Source: Ramazzottius varieornatus (Eukaryota > Animalia > Tardigrada). Taken from it: 64,000 bases of DNA. A program made the translations under genes and the position numbers. The notes under the pieces were generated by a model. It did not search any database. It was given only the letters and a program-made list of their open reading frames with translations, and was not told the origin of the DNA. The DNA is taken from positions 558,001-622,000 of the forward strand of contig BDGG01000018.1 of the NCBI GenBank assembly GCA_001949185.1, read 5' to 3'. This document shows, in pieces, positions 24,745 through 36,381 of the stretch (the first letter of the stretch is position 1; each line of letters begins with the position of its first letter).

Positions 24745-25559
24745 AATAATCAAGTATGCAGCTGGAGAGCGCCCGCATTGATGGTGGAGGGAGTTGCATC
24801 ACTATAGTCACCTTCTAAATGGTACTTGAGACTGACCTGATCTGAAGCTTCACTTGGTATCACGTCGGACAATGGAACGAAGACGAGTGGGTAAAGTTTA
24901 CAAGTTGTAAGTGAACGCGACGGCGCGTGGCGGGTATGAACCCTTCAGCTAACATGGCGGTGAAAGATGAGAAATTGATATGGCCTGCAGACTTGCAGTG
25001 GCAAGTGCTTATTGTTACGATTAACTTTCGATTACTGCTCATGTCGCGGCTGAAAACCGGCTGCCGGTTACAAATGATGTGCTAATGTCAGCTATTGTTG
25101 CAACGACCGCGGCGTCGGACGGTTTTCCATTGCAGCATTAGCTTATATGCAGGCTCGTAAGGTACTCGGATGGAGAAGATCAAACTCGCAACTCGGAGGA
25201 TATTAATTGCGCTTATGCTGGCGGCGAGCAAAGGTGACTGTCGTTTAGGCGGCAGGCACTGTGGACCTGTTGGGGCCGAGAGTACAAGTTGGCGGCGAAA
25301 CGAGGGGAAGCGTTGCAGGAGTTGCCCTCCGAAAGATGCGTGTCCGTATGATGCTTGTACAGTGTTACCCACTGTACATCCTCCCAACCGTCCAGCATTT
25401 CCAGCTGCATTGGGTCACGAAACCTGGACTTGAGCTAGTGATCAACGATTATACAAATTATATTTTCTTGATTGCCAGTTCCATTTCATGTCTCCATTTC
25501 CCAAGTCGGGCATTAGCCTACAGTACACTTCTTGGGGTTGAACGTGGATGGCGATTGGT

Positions 25560-25690
25560 TGGTCTGGCGGAAGAGGAACTTCTCAGTGTAAGATGGCGGT
25601 GAGAGTGCGCCACTTTAACGGGCCTCTTAATTTGTTCGTTGCAGCGGCGCATCCTGCGGTCAATTTGCCCGTGGTGGTCTGCCATTTAAA
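25560..25690. repeat. Degenerate GGCGCA palindromic element (intergenic)
   Basis: GTGCGCCACTT and GCGGCGCA remnants. Confidence 0.45.
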
Positions 25691-25782
25691 TGAGGTGGCA
25701 GTACGGCCCAGCTGACACGGCGCGTTTCATATCATACTCTCGATATACACGTTTACTGTACGAGCAAAGCATCGAGCCTCTT

Positions 25783-26622
25783 TTATTGAATTTCAATAGT
25801 ACAAACCAAGCTGCCTTTCTCGTCAATGCTATCGTCAAACAAAGTCTCTTCAAAGGGTAGAAAGCCACCACAGTTGGAACTTCCACAGGCGCAAACTTTA
25901 CGGCTAAAAGCAGCGGAAAGACCATCATCAACTTCATGCCTTCCATAATCCACAGTCAGTTCTTCCCCAGCCATAATATCCCGTTTGGCAAAAAGACACA
26001 ACCTTGGTACAGAAACATCAAGACGTACAGGTACAATGGCAAGGTTAGGATCACATGAATGATTAAGGAAACGAGCTAAACTGCCTTTCTTGCGGGCATC
26101 CACACAGGTCTTCCTTCTGGCATTTCCGAAATACTCTTGCGCAGTAAAGATATAGGTATCGTTCCTATGCTTCTCGCTCCTCCGAGCAGCTTCTTCCACA
26201 CTGATGACTTCCCCCACGTATTGACATACAAAAGACCGCGAGGGAATAGGAAGGAGCGTCCGCAAGCCAATGCCTTTCTGTGCTGCCGGAAATGCTTGCA
26301 GCTGCAAGGAAGATCCCCGTCCAACCACTCTGCTAAGACATCTTCCCTTACACCCACACGTCCATCCACATTCCATGACGGGAGGTAAGACTGTAGAAGG
26401 TTGCAGGTACTCAGCTCTGAGTCGTCCATCCGCCTCGTAGGCTAGGGGAGTGTGTTTCCGGCAGGAGCAATCGTTACAGTCGTCACATAAGGCGAGTGGT
26501 CCACAGTCGCAGCCAGCAAAGTAGCTGTCGAATTCATCCAGCGCTGCCCGTGATAGACTATCGTGCGGCACACATTCCTTGATATCCTGTGTAACAACAG
26601 AGTAAAGGCTAGAGAACGCCAT
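25783..26622 (-). CDS. SETMAR-like histone lysine methyltransferase (pre-SET/SET/post-SET, no transposase), single exon
   Basis: GCDC..CSC, ECGWTCGC..C, KGIGL, RFLNHSCDPN, GEELTVDYG, CACGSSNCGGFLP. Confidence 0.9.
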   Translation of the reverse strand: MAFSSLYSVVTQDIKECVPHDSLSRAALDEFDSYFAGCDCGPLALCDDCNDCSCRKHTPLAYEADGRLRAEYLQPSTVLPPVMECGWTCGCKGRCLSRVVGRGSSLQLQAFPAAQKGIGLRTLLPIPSRSFVCQYVGEVISVEEAARRSEKHRNDTYIFTAQEYFGNARRKTCVDARKKGSLARFLNHSCDPNLAIVPVRLDVSVPRLCLFAKRDIMAGEELTVDYGRHEVDDGLSAAFSRKVCACGSSNCGGFLPFEETLFDDSIDEKGSLVCTIEIQ

Positions 26623-27338
26623 GGATCGGGCATTTTAAGGACATGTTTACCTCATAGCTGAGCTCCATGATGAAGATCAGAAGACATCAAGATGGATCTG
26701 CCCGTCCACTTGTGTAACCACACTACTTTCGTACTGCCAGAGTCTGGTATTCCTTTCGCCGCGCGTCAGGAACATCAGCATGCTCCGCTCATCATCGCCG
26801 TATTAGTGGATCTCGGAGGGGAACAAAGGTTTCAGAAGGACCAGGGGTTATAGACAGCGGCGATAACTCTTTGTTGTGGTTTTCATAAACACCTTGCCGC
26901 TCACCATGTGCAGCACGTTCGCCATCTCTTTCAGCCAATCAAAAAGTTTGATGGACAGCATCAATCAAAATACGGCACAATCACTTGGCTCAAACATGGT
27001 TTTCTCCGAGGACAGCACGGCCTGTCATGAGACACGCCTGTTGCTTCTCTAGAAGCGCAATTTTGTCGACTGATCCCTACTTTGCGCGTTCCACGGTGTA
27101 GCTTGCTGCAATCTGGTTTGTCATCTGCTCCAGGGTACACACGATGCGAACCGGAATTGCTCTGTGTGCAAAAGCAACGTCGGACCCTGTTGCACCTCCA
27201 GCTAGCGTCACGTGAAGTCTCAAACCGGAAGTGCGACAGCTGATCTGAATACCATTAGTACCAGTTGCGTGCGGACCATCCCTCTTCCTCACCAGATTCT
27301 GCACGAGGTACACCCCTAGTTGGGAACCATCGCTAATA

Positions 27339-30193
27339 ATGCTCGCCTCCAAGTCGATCAAGCAGCTGACGTGCCGCTGTGCGCCTCTGCTGAACCATCT
27401 GTCAGCCAACAGTGCTGTCACCGCGGCTGCGCCACAGCCTGTCCGAAACCCCGACATCCAGTTCAACAAGGTGAGTTAATACCTATCATTCTGCTATAGC
27501 TCTTTTGTTTCCGATCGAATCGACAGGTTGTCTTTACGTTTGGTAGATCTTCATCAATAACGAATGGCACGATGCCGAATCCGGCAAGACGTTCCCCACC
27601 ATCAACCCTTCCACAGGTACGCCTATGCCATTAACTTTAATATGCAGCTGAACTTTGTCCAACTTGTGACAGTATTCTTCCTTGGCTTTGATAGGAGAAA
27701 AGATCGCCGATGTCGCAGCAGGAGACAGGGTATGGTTTCAGTCATTCAGGAAAGTCTGGTGGGGTTGAGATCGAAGCCGGAAGTGGATGAGAGCTTTTGC
27801 CGTGCATTAGCTGAATTCGGTATAATTTTGATGAAATTTGTTCGTTACAGAAAGATGTGGATAAAGCTGTCAAAGCAGCCACCAAAGCTTTCAAGATGGG
27901 ATCGTCCTGGCGGAAGATGGATGCTAGCCAACGAGGCAACCTTCTCAATCGTCTGGCCGACTTGATGGAACGAGACCGCCTTCAGTTAGCTGTATGTGGT
28001 ATTCTGCTACCATGTTCTACTTACAGGGTCTTCGTTTCGTACTTGACCGATCAGGTGTTACAATTTTACAGAGCCTGGAGACTTTGGACAACGGCAAGAC
28101 CTTCGCCAACTCCATGGCGGTCGACTTGGAGCAGTCCATCCGCTGTTATCGCTACTACGCTGGATGGGCTGATAAGAACCATGGCAAAACTATCCCCGTT
28201 GGTACGTCAGCCTTCATTCTCTCTTCTTCCTGCTTTGTAGGCCTGGTCGTCATAATCGTTTGGGCAGAGAAGCTCGGCAGATAAACTGGACGAGATCGCT
28301 TTATCAAAATGGTGTATTTGTCTGTGTAATTGGCTGAGGGCGTGCGCCACTTGAGAAGAACGATCTTGACGAGTTTGATCGTCTTTGTAAGTGGCGCACG
28401 GTGTCGTTGATAGTGGATGAAAGCGTGCGCCAGTGGGGAGATCGGTTCGCGTATTTTCTCCGTTGTGCCGGATGACATTTGTCTGTTAATCTATAGATGG
28501 GTCGTACTTCACCTTCACACGCCATGAACCCGTGGGAGTCGTCGGGCAGATCATCCCGTGGAACTTTCCCCTGCTAATGCAGGCGTGGAAGCTGGGACCA
28601 GCACTAGCCATGGGCAATACCGTGGTGATGAAACCGGCCGAGCAAACTCCGCTGACCGCCCTTTACGTGTCCAACCTGATCGCTGAGGTACCTTCCTTCC
28701 CCTAAAGTGAACACGGTCAATGAAAAGCATCCAGTGTTTTGACAGGCTGGCTTCCCTCCCGGGGTAGTCAATGTTGTGCCCGGTTTGGGTGAAAGCGCTG
28801 GCGCCGCCATCGCGCACCATCCCCATCTGGACAAGGTGGCCTTCACCGGCAGTACCGAAGTGGGCAAGAAGATCATGATAGCGGCAGCTGAGAGTAACCT
28901 AAAGCGGGTGACACTGGAGCTGGGAGGAAAGAGTCCCAGCATCGTTTTCGCTGATGCCGACATGGAGACGGCGCTGTCGCAGACGCACGAAGGTCTCTTC
29001 TTCAACCATGGACAGTGCTGCTGCGCAGGGTCCAGAACGTTCGTCGAGGCCAAAATCTATGATGAGTTTGTCGAGAGGTCGGCTGACAAGGCCAAGAAAC
29101 GCCATGTGGGCAACCCTTTCGACCCACAAACCATGCAAGGTCCACAGGTCAGACAGTTGAGAGCGCGCCGAAGAAACTGGACGAGACCGTTTACTCAAGT
29201 GGCGCACGTTCCCGTTGTCATTGACTGGAGGTGCGCGCCGCTTGGAAAAATCGTCTCGTCCGTTTCTTCCGTTTATTCTTTCTACCTGGACTTGTCTAAT
29301 GGGTTTTCTATACCATAGGTTGACGAGGAGCAGTTTACGAAGATCTTGGGCTTGATTGACAGCGGGAAGCGTGAAGGAGCCAAGCTGGTGGCAGGTGGCT
29401 CGCGGGTGGGTGATCGAGGCTATTTCGTGGCGCCTACAGTCTTCGCGGACGTGAAGGACGACATGAGAATCGCCAGAGAAGAGGTAAATAATTTGACAAG
29501 TGTGGCAGAATGACGGTAACACGTTTCAGAATTTTTGCTGCGAATGCCGTAAAGTCAGCAGTACAACAAGCCAACTTCCCATTCACCTGCATACACCAGA
29601 CTTGACTTTGTCGTAGCAGTTGTGTGTGTAGGTGGGCGAGATGGCCGTATTTCATGCACCTGCATACACCGCAGCGTGCCCCGACCTGGGGTTGTCGTAT
29701 GCAGGTTAAAGATGGCTTATTTTTGACTTGTCAACCCTCCAGCTGAGCAGGCAGTGCAGGTTTGGATTATATTCATGGTTTGACAGATTTTCGGGCCAGT
29801 GCAGACCATCATCCGTTTCGACACGATGGAAGAGCTGGTGGAACGCGCGAATAACACCATCTACGGCCTGGCTGCCAGCATAATGACTAAAGACCTGGAC
29901 AAAGCCATTTATATGTCGCAGGCTCTTCGGGCCGGCACCGTCTGGGTCAATTGCCACAATGCTCTGAGCAGCCAAGCACCATTCGGTGGCTTCAAACAAT
30001 CGGGTATCGGTCGCGAACTGGGGGAATACGCCCTGGACTCTTACACGGAAGTGAAAACCGTAAGTTTTTCGTTGTCCACTTCCGTCTCATGTAGACACTC
30101 TTGTTGCACCAGTCGGTGTTTCAATGGCAGAACGATAGGATATCCATGTTGTTGTTTCAGGTTACCATCGCCATGCCAAAAAAGCTCATGTAA
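27339..30193 (+). CDS. ALDH2: Mitochondrial aldehyde dehydrogenase, multi-exon
   Basis: Presequence, [64 protein letters not shown]. Confidence 0.93.
28265..28472. repeat. GGCGCA-N27 palindromic element, 2 units (ALDH intron)
   Basis: AAGCTCGGCAG end; GTGCGCCACTTG and AAGTGGCGCAC cores. Confidence 0.85.
29160..29270. repeat. GGCGCA-N27 palindromic element, 1 unit (ALDH intron 29148-29318)
   Basis: GAAGAAACTGGACGAGAC..CAAGTGGCGCAC..GCGCCGCTTG..GTCTCGTCCGTTTCTTC. Confidence 0.85.
29585..29706. repeat. Second-family inverted repeat, 2 tandem units (ALDH intron)
   Basis: ACCTGCATAC-N29-GTGTGTAGGT (29585-29633) and ACCTGCATAC-N29-GTATGCAGGT (29658-29706). Confidence 0.75.
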
Positions 30194-30849
30194 GGGGGAT
30201 GGGTTCGAGCCGTAGTCGTACTTTTTCTTGTCGGTGACGGATAACAAAGTTTTACGTGTTCGGTTAGCAGAATTTTGCTCCAGTACTAAACGGACAACGC
30301 CCTTTTTATTCGGAAGCCTTATCATGCTTCCATTTCTAAATTTATAACCGCTCACTGTTTAGAACGAAATAGTTTTTTGATCAGCTTTGACGCAAATGAG
30401 ATATTTTCGCTGTCAACTTTCGTCTTGTATTTATCACTCTTTCTGTCACTGTCCTCATTGGTTTACTATTGAGTGGAAAGTTTTACTGTCGGTAGAGCGG
30501 AAATTTATGTACATGATAACAATACAGTAACCTGGATTGTGTGGAAAGTTCTTAATGTTTACCTTCGACCGATAAAATGCTGTTTTTGCTCTCACGCCTA
30601 TCGGCAGAGAAGTCGCATAGTGTACTGTTTGCAGTTCACAACGGTAGACTGCTTCCGTCAAAATTCCTCACCAGTCACTTCGGGTCAGTGTTCATAAGTG
30701 TTCCTGACATGCTGACGAAGAACCGGTTTCTCCTGCTGAGTGTGTACGATGGTTGTCGTAGCCGACGTATCGATATGAGTCATATGGTGGTGAGTTTGAA
30801 GGCGATCAGCAGGAGAAACCAGTAGAGAAGCAACTTCCAGTGAAAAAGT

Positions 30850-30965
30850 TGTCAGTAGTACTGGCAGATCATCACTCTTAAGTGGCGCACGCTTGGGTTG
30901 TTATGGTTCTGGGGCGTGCGCGACTTGAGATGACGACCCAGCACGCTTCGTTGTCCGGCCTGCCT
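30850..30965. repeat. GGCGCA-N27 palindromic element, 1 unit (upstream of PMP3 gene)
   Basis: AAGTGGCGCAC...GTGCGCGACTTG. Confidence 0.75.
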
Positions 30966-31292
30966 GTTGATAAGCACGATCAGGCCGATATCCTCGTCGT
31001 ACATCAACGTGAGAAATTGCAAATTGTACATAGCTGGCAGCAAGAGGCCGGCAGAAACTTGTTCTGTTCTAAATTTGAATCGGTGCCTTCAGACAACGAC
31101 TAACCGGCATTTCTCGCTACGTGTGATATCATCTCTGTGCTGTTCCGTTCAACTTCATCGCTTTAGTGTTTAGTAGGCATTTCAAGCGATCATTTCCTGC
31201 TTACGCCATCTTGCAAACATTTCCAGTCAGCAAGTATCCGGCATTTTGATATTTCTTATCGTCGGGAATCACATCGACACAAAGGAAGCAGG

Positions 31293-31826
31293 ATGGAAGG
31301 CTCACAGATCCTCGCTGCCATCATTTCCATCTTTATCCCACCTCTGGGTACGTCAGCCATCTTCACTAGCTTGAACGTCTTACGCAATAGTGTTTCGTAC
31401 TTTTTTGGACTGTATGATGGAGTATGTTTGCAGGTGTGGCCATCTACAAGGGAATAACCCGGGACTTCTGGTAAGTCACACAGGTTCAGCAGGCAGTGCG
31501 TTTCTGACAGGTCGCACGCTACACCGCCGAGGCAGAGCGGTCGTAGGATTATCCTGCCGCGCGTTCCCCTTCGGCCTGCCACGCTTGCGCTTTTGTTTTC
31601 TGGTTGTGGAATGATCAAGCTATTGATTTCTGGATTTCTGTTTTGATTTGCAGGATCAACCTGTTGCTGACCATCCTGTTCTTCATCCCAGGTATTACAG
31701 CAGAGGCTGCAGTTTGTTCACTGGAATAGTTTGGGATCTCTAAGTGATTCTGATGGCATCGGTTTCACATCCTGGTTCTTGATTGTAGGATTGGTCCATG
31801 CATTGTATCTGATCTGCATGACGTAA
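31293..31826 (+). CDS. PMP3/RCI2 (UPF0057) small membrane proteolipid, 4 micro-exons, about 55 aa
   Basis: Spliced translation: MEGSQILAAIISIFIPPLG-VAIYKGITRDFW-INLLLTILFFIPG-LVHALYLICMT*. All introns are GT-AG. Confidence 0.88.
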
Positions 31827-32399
31827 CAGGAAGATGATCACCTGGTCGCCGCAGGTCTTGCAGCCATGCTGGTTCCTCCTTTTTATAAACGACATTTTTA
31901 GTTCTACATCGTATTCCGTCTGAGCAATAATTCATCGAGGCAATATCAATATCATGGGGATCGAAACCCTTTTTCTGACTGGCATCTTTACTGACAGGAA
32001 ATATGTACCGCTAACTTTCCCCTTGCTGTTTGAATTTTACTAGCTAGTCTCTTTGGCTGTTTGACCGTTTTGTGCCTTTGTTGAGCCGGTTCAGAGCTGA
32101 GTGTTTTCACAAGGATGGAATGCAGCTTTGTAGCGGTTTGATCAACCGGAAAACTGTAACGCATAAAACTATCGCAGTGGTGTTCGGCTCAATGTACGAA
32201 GGCAGATTTAAACTCGTATACTGTATTAAAAACGTGCACACAGACTCTGGTGCAAAGTAACCTTTGTTATTGCAGATGCAAATACGCATTCGTGCAAGAA
32301 GTTTCCAGTTCCTTGAAGCATCGACGGTACTCTGCTGCCTACTCAAACCAAAACTCCGAGGCCTTTTATACTTCGGTCTGAAGAGATAACCTTGCCAAC

Positions 32400-33255
32400 G
32401 AATGGCCGGTAACAGCTGTACGGGGGCAGAAGTTTAGAAGTTTTGGTTGAAGAGGGTTGAAGAGATCGATACCGAAAATTCGACTCTCAAACCGTCGAAG
32501 GTCATCGATGGAAGAAGTACGTGGCAGCAGCGTTTTTGGACTTCAGAAAAGCCTTTGACTGTGTCTTGCCACAACAAACTGCCAGCAGCGCTAAGCAGAG
32601 TGGGTGTGGGCTGACTAGCTCGGTAGTTCTTCTGCTCGTACTCGAAGGATCGGTCGCAATTCGTCGAGCTCAGCGGATGAAGGTCCGAAGAAAGAACCAC
32701 ACTCTCCGGAGTACTACAGTACCAGAGAACGTCCTGGGTCCGCCACTCTGTACGATCTTTCTTGTGGACTGCCTGCAGTACGAAGAGCCCCAGCCAAATA
32801 TAGAGGTGAAAGCGGAAAAAGAACTCTCCGCGGATGACCCGATGGTTCACGCCGTCGGGAAGACCTCCCAGGAAGCCATCGCAAATCACAACACGGCACT
32901 GATTAGGAACACTGAATGGGTAGAAGGGCCCGACCTGACCTTCAACAACGGAAACTGCGTCCACATGGCCACCGCCTCAAGCGGAAGCAGGAGATGGATT
33001 GACTTGTCCACAGACACAGCGAAGCTGGGCGGACACCAGCTGGAACAAAAAGGGTACGTTCGGTACTTGGGTGTAAATACGGCCCAATACCTGCAATGGA
33101 ACCAACACTTGGAGCAAGCCAAGCAGAAGTCAATGCGGGAATCTGCTAACTGGATGACGCAAAGAAAGGTCTTCCCAAAGAAGCACGGCTTGCTCTGTAC
33201 CACAGTGCACTATGCCTTTAGCTCCGCTTAACTACGTCTATATCGTGGGGCTGTA
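32400..33255 (+). mobile_element. Degenerate non-LTR retrotransposon (LINE) reverse transcriptase fragment
   Basis: AAFLDFRKAFDCV, LGPPL, SADD (YADD-like), YVRYLGV..LQWNQH. Confidence 0.75.
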
Positions 33256-33263
33256 CCGGAATT

Positions 33264-33665
33264 CCCTCCAAGGTGTCTAGCAGTCACGTGACAGCAGAGC
33301 CGGGCGCAGAAAATCGGGGGTGTAAGTGGGAGCACCGATCATCGAGTTAGTAGGCGAGGGGGCGAAAGCGAGATTGGTTTACTTTAGCGTTTGTGGGTGG
33401 TGCTCATGGATGGACCAACCCCGATTTTTCCCCTTCGCCTACTAACTCGATCGGCGCGCCCACTTACACCCCTGATTTTCTGTGCCCGGCTCTGCGTTGC
33501 AGGCCAGTAAATATTGCCTGGCGGGGATAAAATGCTTCAGTGCTTCCAATCAAAGATCCCTGGCCAATCAACTGCAGCAATGTGCCGCAATTAAACAATC
33601 GGTGATATCAGGCCATGGGTGGAATTCATTAGCCTGTCACGTGACTGCGCGAAACCTTGGAGGGG
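33264..33665. mobile_element. Outer non-autonomous TIR element (host of nested MITE)
   Basis: CCCTCCAAGGT..GCAGTCACGTGACAG vs CTGTCACGTGACTGC..ACCTTGGAGGG; possible AT flanks. Confidence 0.75.
33295..33494. mobile_element. hAT-like MITE, 200 bp, nested in outer element TIR
   Basis: TIRs of about 70 bp (CAGAGCCGGGC.CAGAAAATC...). The 8-bp flanks CGTGACAG / CGTTGCAG match at 6/8. Confidence 0.82.
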
Positions 33666-34559
33666 ATACAGTAAGGTTTGTGCGAAATGTTAACTGACCC
33701 TTTGGCAAACTTTGAATATCAACTAACCACAATATTAACTTTATAAAATATGTTTTTGCACAATGATCGACCAACCAGCATATTAACCGACCGATTTATG
33801 GCCCCACGAAGTGCTGTACATTAACGCTCTGCGTAGGACCGTCCTCTTTGTGTATACAATGACTCAGTTTTTATTCACCTCTCAAGTTTAGCTTTTGGTC
33901 TTTGTGGTTGAGGCTTTTTCTTTGCCTGTATCTCGGTCTTCTCACCAAAGCGACACTATTGACCAGCGGTCAACAAAAATCCAGCACGCTAGAAAAATTT
34001 CCTACGGCTTCGGGTGGTTTCGCTGGAATCTGATGGTTTCGCCTCTTCGGCGAGACACGTACACGGAATTCGCTCAGAAAAAAACTGAAACACTAAGGAT
34101 ATTCTCCTCTACCGACGCCAAGCTCGGGATAAATTCTGTTATAACCAGTGTGGTCTGAAAAAAATCAAAACGGCCAGGCCTCCTTTTCAAGATTTTGCCT
34201 TCATGGCCTGCCAATTATCCGGATTTCGAGATCTCGAATTTTGAATGTCGATTGGCTGGGCCAGCCTTCGCCACACGGTATCAGCCAATCAACTTCTTGT
34301 ATGCAGAAAGAGGACGGTAGCATTCTGCAAAACATGGGAACCATCGTGCTGAAAGTGCTAAAACACCCAACGTCTCTTGTTAGCAGCTTTGGATATCTTT
34401 GAAAATGAATTTCAGGGTCGAATAGTTTGTTCAGAAGTGTCACGGCGACTAAAACGCGTCGAATTTAAGGGATGTAGCGCAGTTACTAATCGGCATTCTA
34501 TAATGTCGGGAATGTGAACAAACGATATCTAACATCAGTTGGCCACATCGCTGGTTATG

Positions 34560-34810
34560 ATATAGAAGTAGTTGGCATTTTGGTCGCGCGATATTCATGG
34601 TCGGCATTGTCATTAAACGATATTTTGAGCAGGAACTCTATACCGTGCGTTCGTCGACATGTATTTCTACTTCTGTGCACCAGTGTGGTTCGCTTTGGCA
34701 AAGAACATGGAAATGATCGAGATGGCCCAACGCAAGGCTGTTAGGGTGCTGGCCGACTGCAAGAGCGGAACTACGACGGACGAACTGTTTACGGAATGAG
34801 GGCATCGAGA
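34560..34810 (+). mobile_element. LINE ORF2 C-terminal fragment
   Basis: FYFCAPVW..IEMAQRKAVRVL resembles the post-RT Y.S.VW..LE..QR.A.R motif. Confidence 0.5.
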
Positions 34811-34925
34811 AAGTGGGGAGACGTTGGAAGAGACTGGAAGGCCTGTAGCTCTACAGTCCGGCATGGGCGTCCTACGGTGTGAAGTCAAAGGTTGAGTGTC
34901 CCCAGGGATGATGCGGGACAAAGAA

Positions 34926-35330
34926 TTATTCCGAAGGCTGGTGGTAAACTGAAGAGGAAACTGCGCTGGAGAAAGCTTTGATGCGCTCTCCGTTCAGTTG
35001 TGCTTTTGCCAAGGCAATCTGTTGGTCGGGTAGTTCGTTAAGAGACGAAGGGATATCATCTGGACGAAGGCGCTTCTGTGGAGGAGAAAGAGGGACCTCG
35101 AAGACTGAAGAGCCCTGTCGATCGGAAACTTTCACTTCGTCTTCCGAAACAGTCTCATAATTCAAGTCGCATTTCGTCTGATCAGAAGCTTCGGAAATGG
35201 CGTCATCAGCGACCTTGGCATTACGGCGGACGTATTTTGGTCTGAGTGCTATGCTGTGCTTCATGGAACTTCCGGGATCTTTCCGCTTGGGAGGAAAGCC
35301 TTTGGCCTTGCGGCTACGTTTGGGAGGCAT
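34926..35330 (-). CDS. Hypothetical basic N-terminal ORF, possibly TE-derived
   Basis: 134-aa ATG ORF with NLS-like MPPKRSRK; no recognised domain. Confidence 0.3.
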   Translation of the reverse strand: MPPKRSRKAKGFPPKRKDPGSSMKHSIALRPKYVRRNAKVADDAISEASDQTKCDLNYETVSEDEVKVSDRQGSSVFEVPLSPPQKRLRPDDIPSSLNELPDQQIALAKAQLNGERIKAFSSAVSSSVYHQPSE

Positions 35331-36381
35331 GGGCGTGATAAGACAGAAAAGAACAAAGAGATATCAGGAAAATTAGCAGCAGAACATACAGCAGAGCAAT
35401 TAGCAGCAGAACATACAGCATACAGAAATGCAAACAGAGGATAAAAGAAGAGGAATCAAATTCAAAAGGAGAAAGGATAAGCTGAATGGGTTGGCACGAA
35501 CATCGGACTGCGATGGGATGTTCATCAAAGTGCGACGATAAAGGAACTTTAGGATATGTAGGGATACCCAATCAACACTTAAAAGCCAAAAACATTCGAA
35601 CGCACATCGAAAGGGAGTTCCAACTCGGACAAAGTTACGAGCGGATCGCGAGCAAATGAATAATGTAACTCTGTCGAGAAGACTCAGTTACCGGCAAACC
35701 GGCATGTACAAACACATGGGTGAACGAGTAACGTACAAGCTATCAAATACATAGCGATAAAAGTATTACAACGAGTGAAGGAGGAAGCCGATCCAGCGTT
35801 AGCCACAAATAAGCAAGCTTATTTCCCATTATTTAACTTGTACCATATATGCCATAAAGGACTTTCTTGTACTGTGAGGCTTCAGGAACTTCGCGGGACA
35901 CGTCGTTGTACGCCCCAAGCTAAACCCCGGTCTGGAAATGAAACCCTAATAATCCCCTCAGAGATAATTCGCGCTTACTATGACATATCCCGCGGAACTC
36001 GTGAAGTGTTCCGGTATAAGCTCGCTGGTTTCTAGTTAACCGCTTCAAATTGATTTCTCTTACGATGTGGGTATAGTGATCCTATCTTCAGCTAATTTTT
36101 CATGTAAAAAGCTGTTATGATTTCGGGCCAAATAATGACTCATTTTCTGGAGATCGAGGAGGCCGTTGACTGGATTGTCGAGGCTGAATAACAGCGTTCA
36201 ACAGTTGAGAAGACTGAAGTAGAAGGAATCGCTAATGAGGCTGTTTTACCTGTAAATTGCTCGGCAAATCTGATCCGCCATCGCATACTGCGTATGCACG
36301 ACACACGATCCGCAGTAAGCTTCAGTGCGGTACATCGTTCAATCTGAAATCGATCAAGCAAGACCACTTAAGCCATTCTGA

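Noticed and set aside
35371-35420. 27-bp tandem duplication; also (GACACG)4 at 51421-51447
   Set aside because: Ordinary mini/microsatellites.
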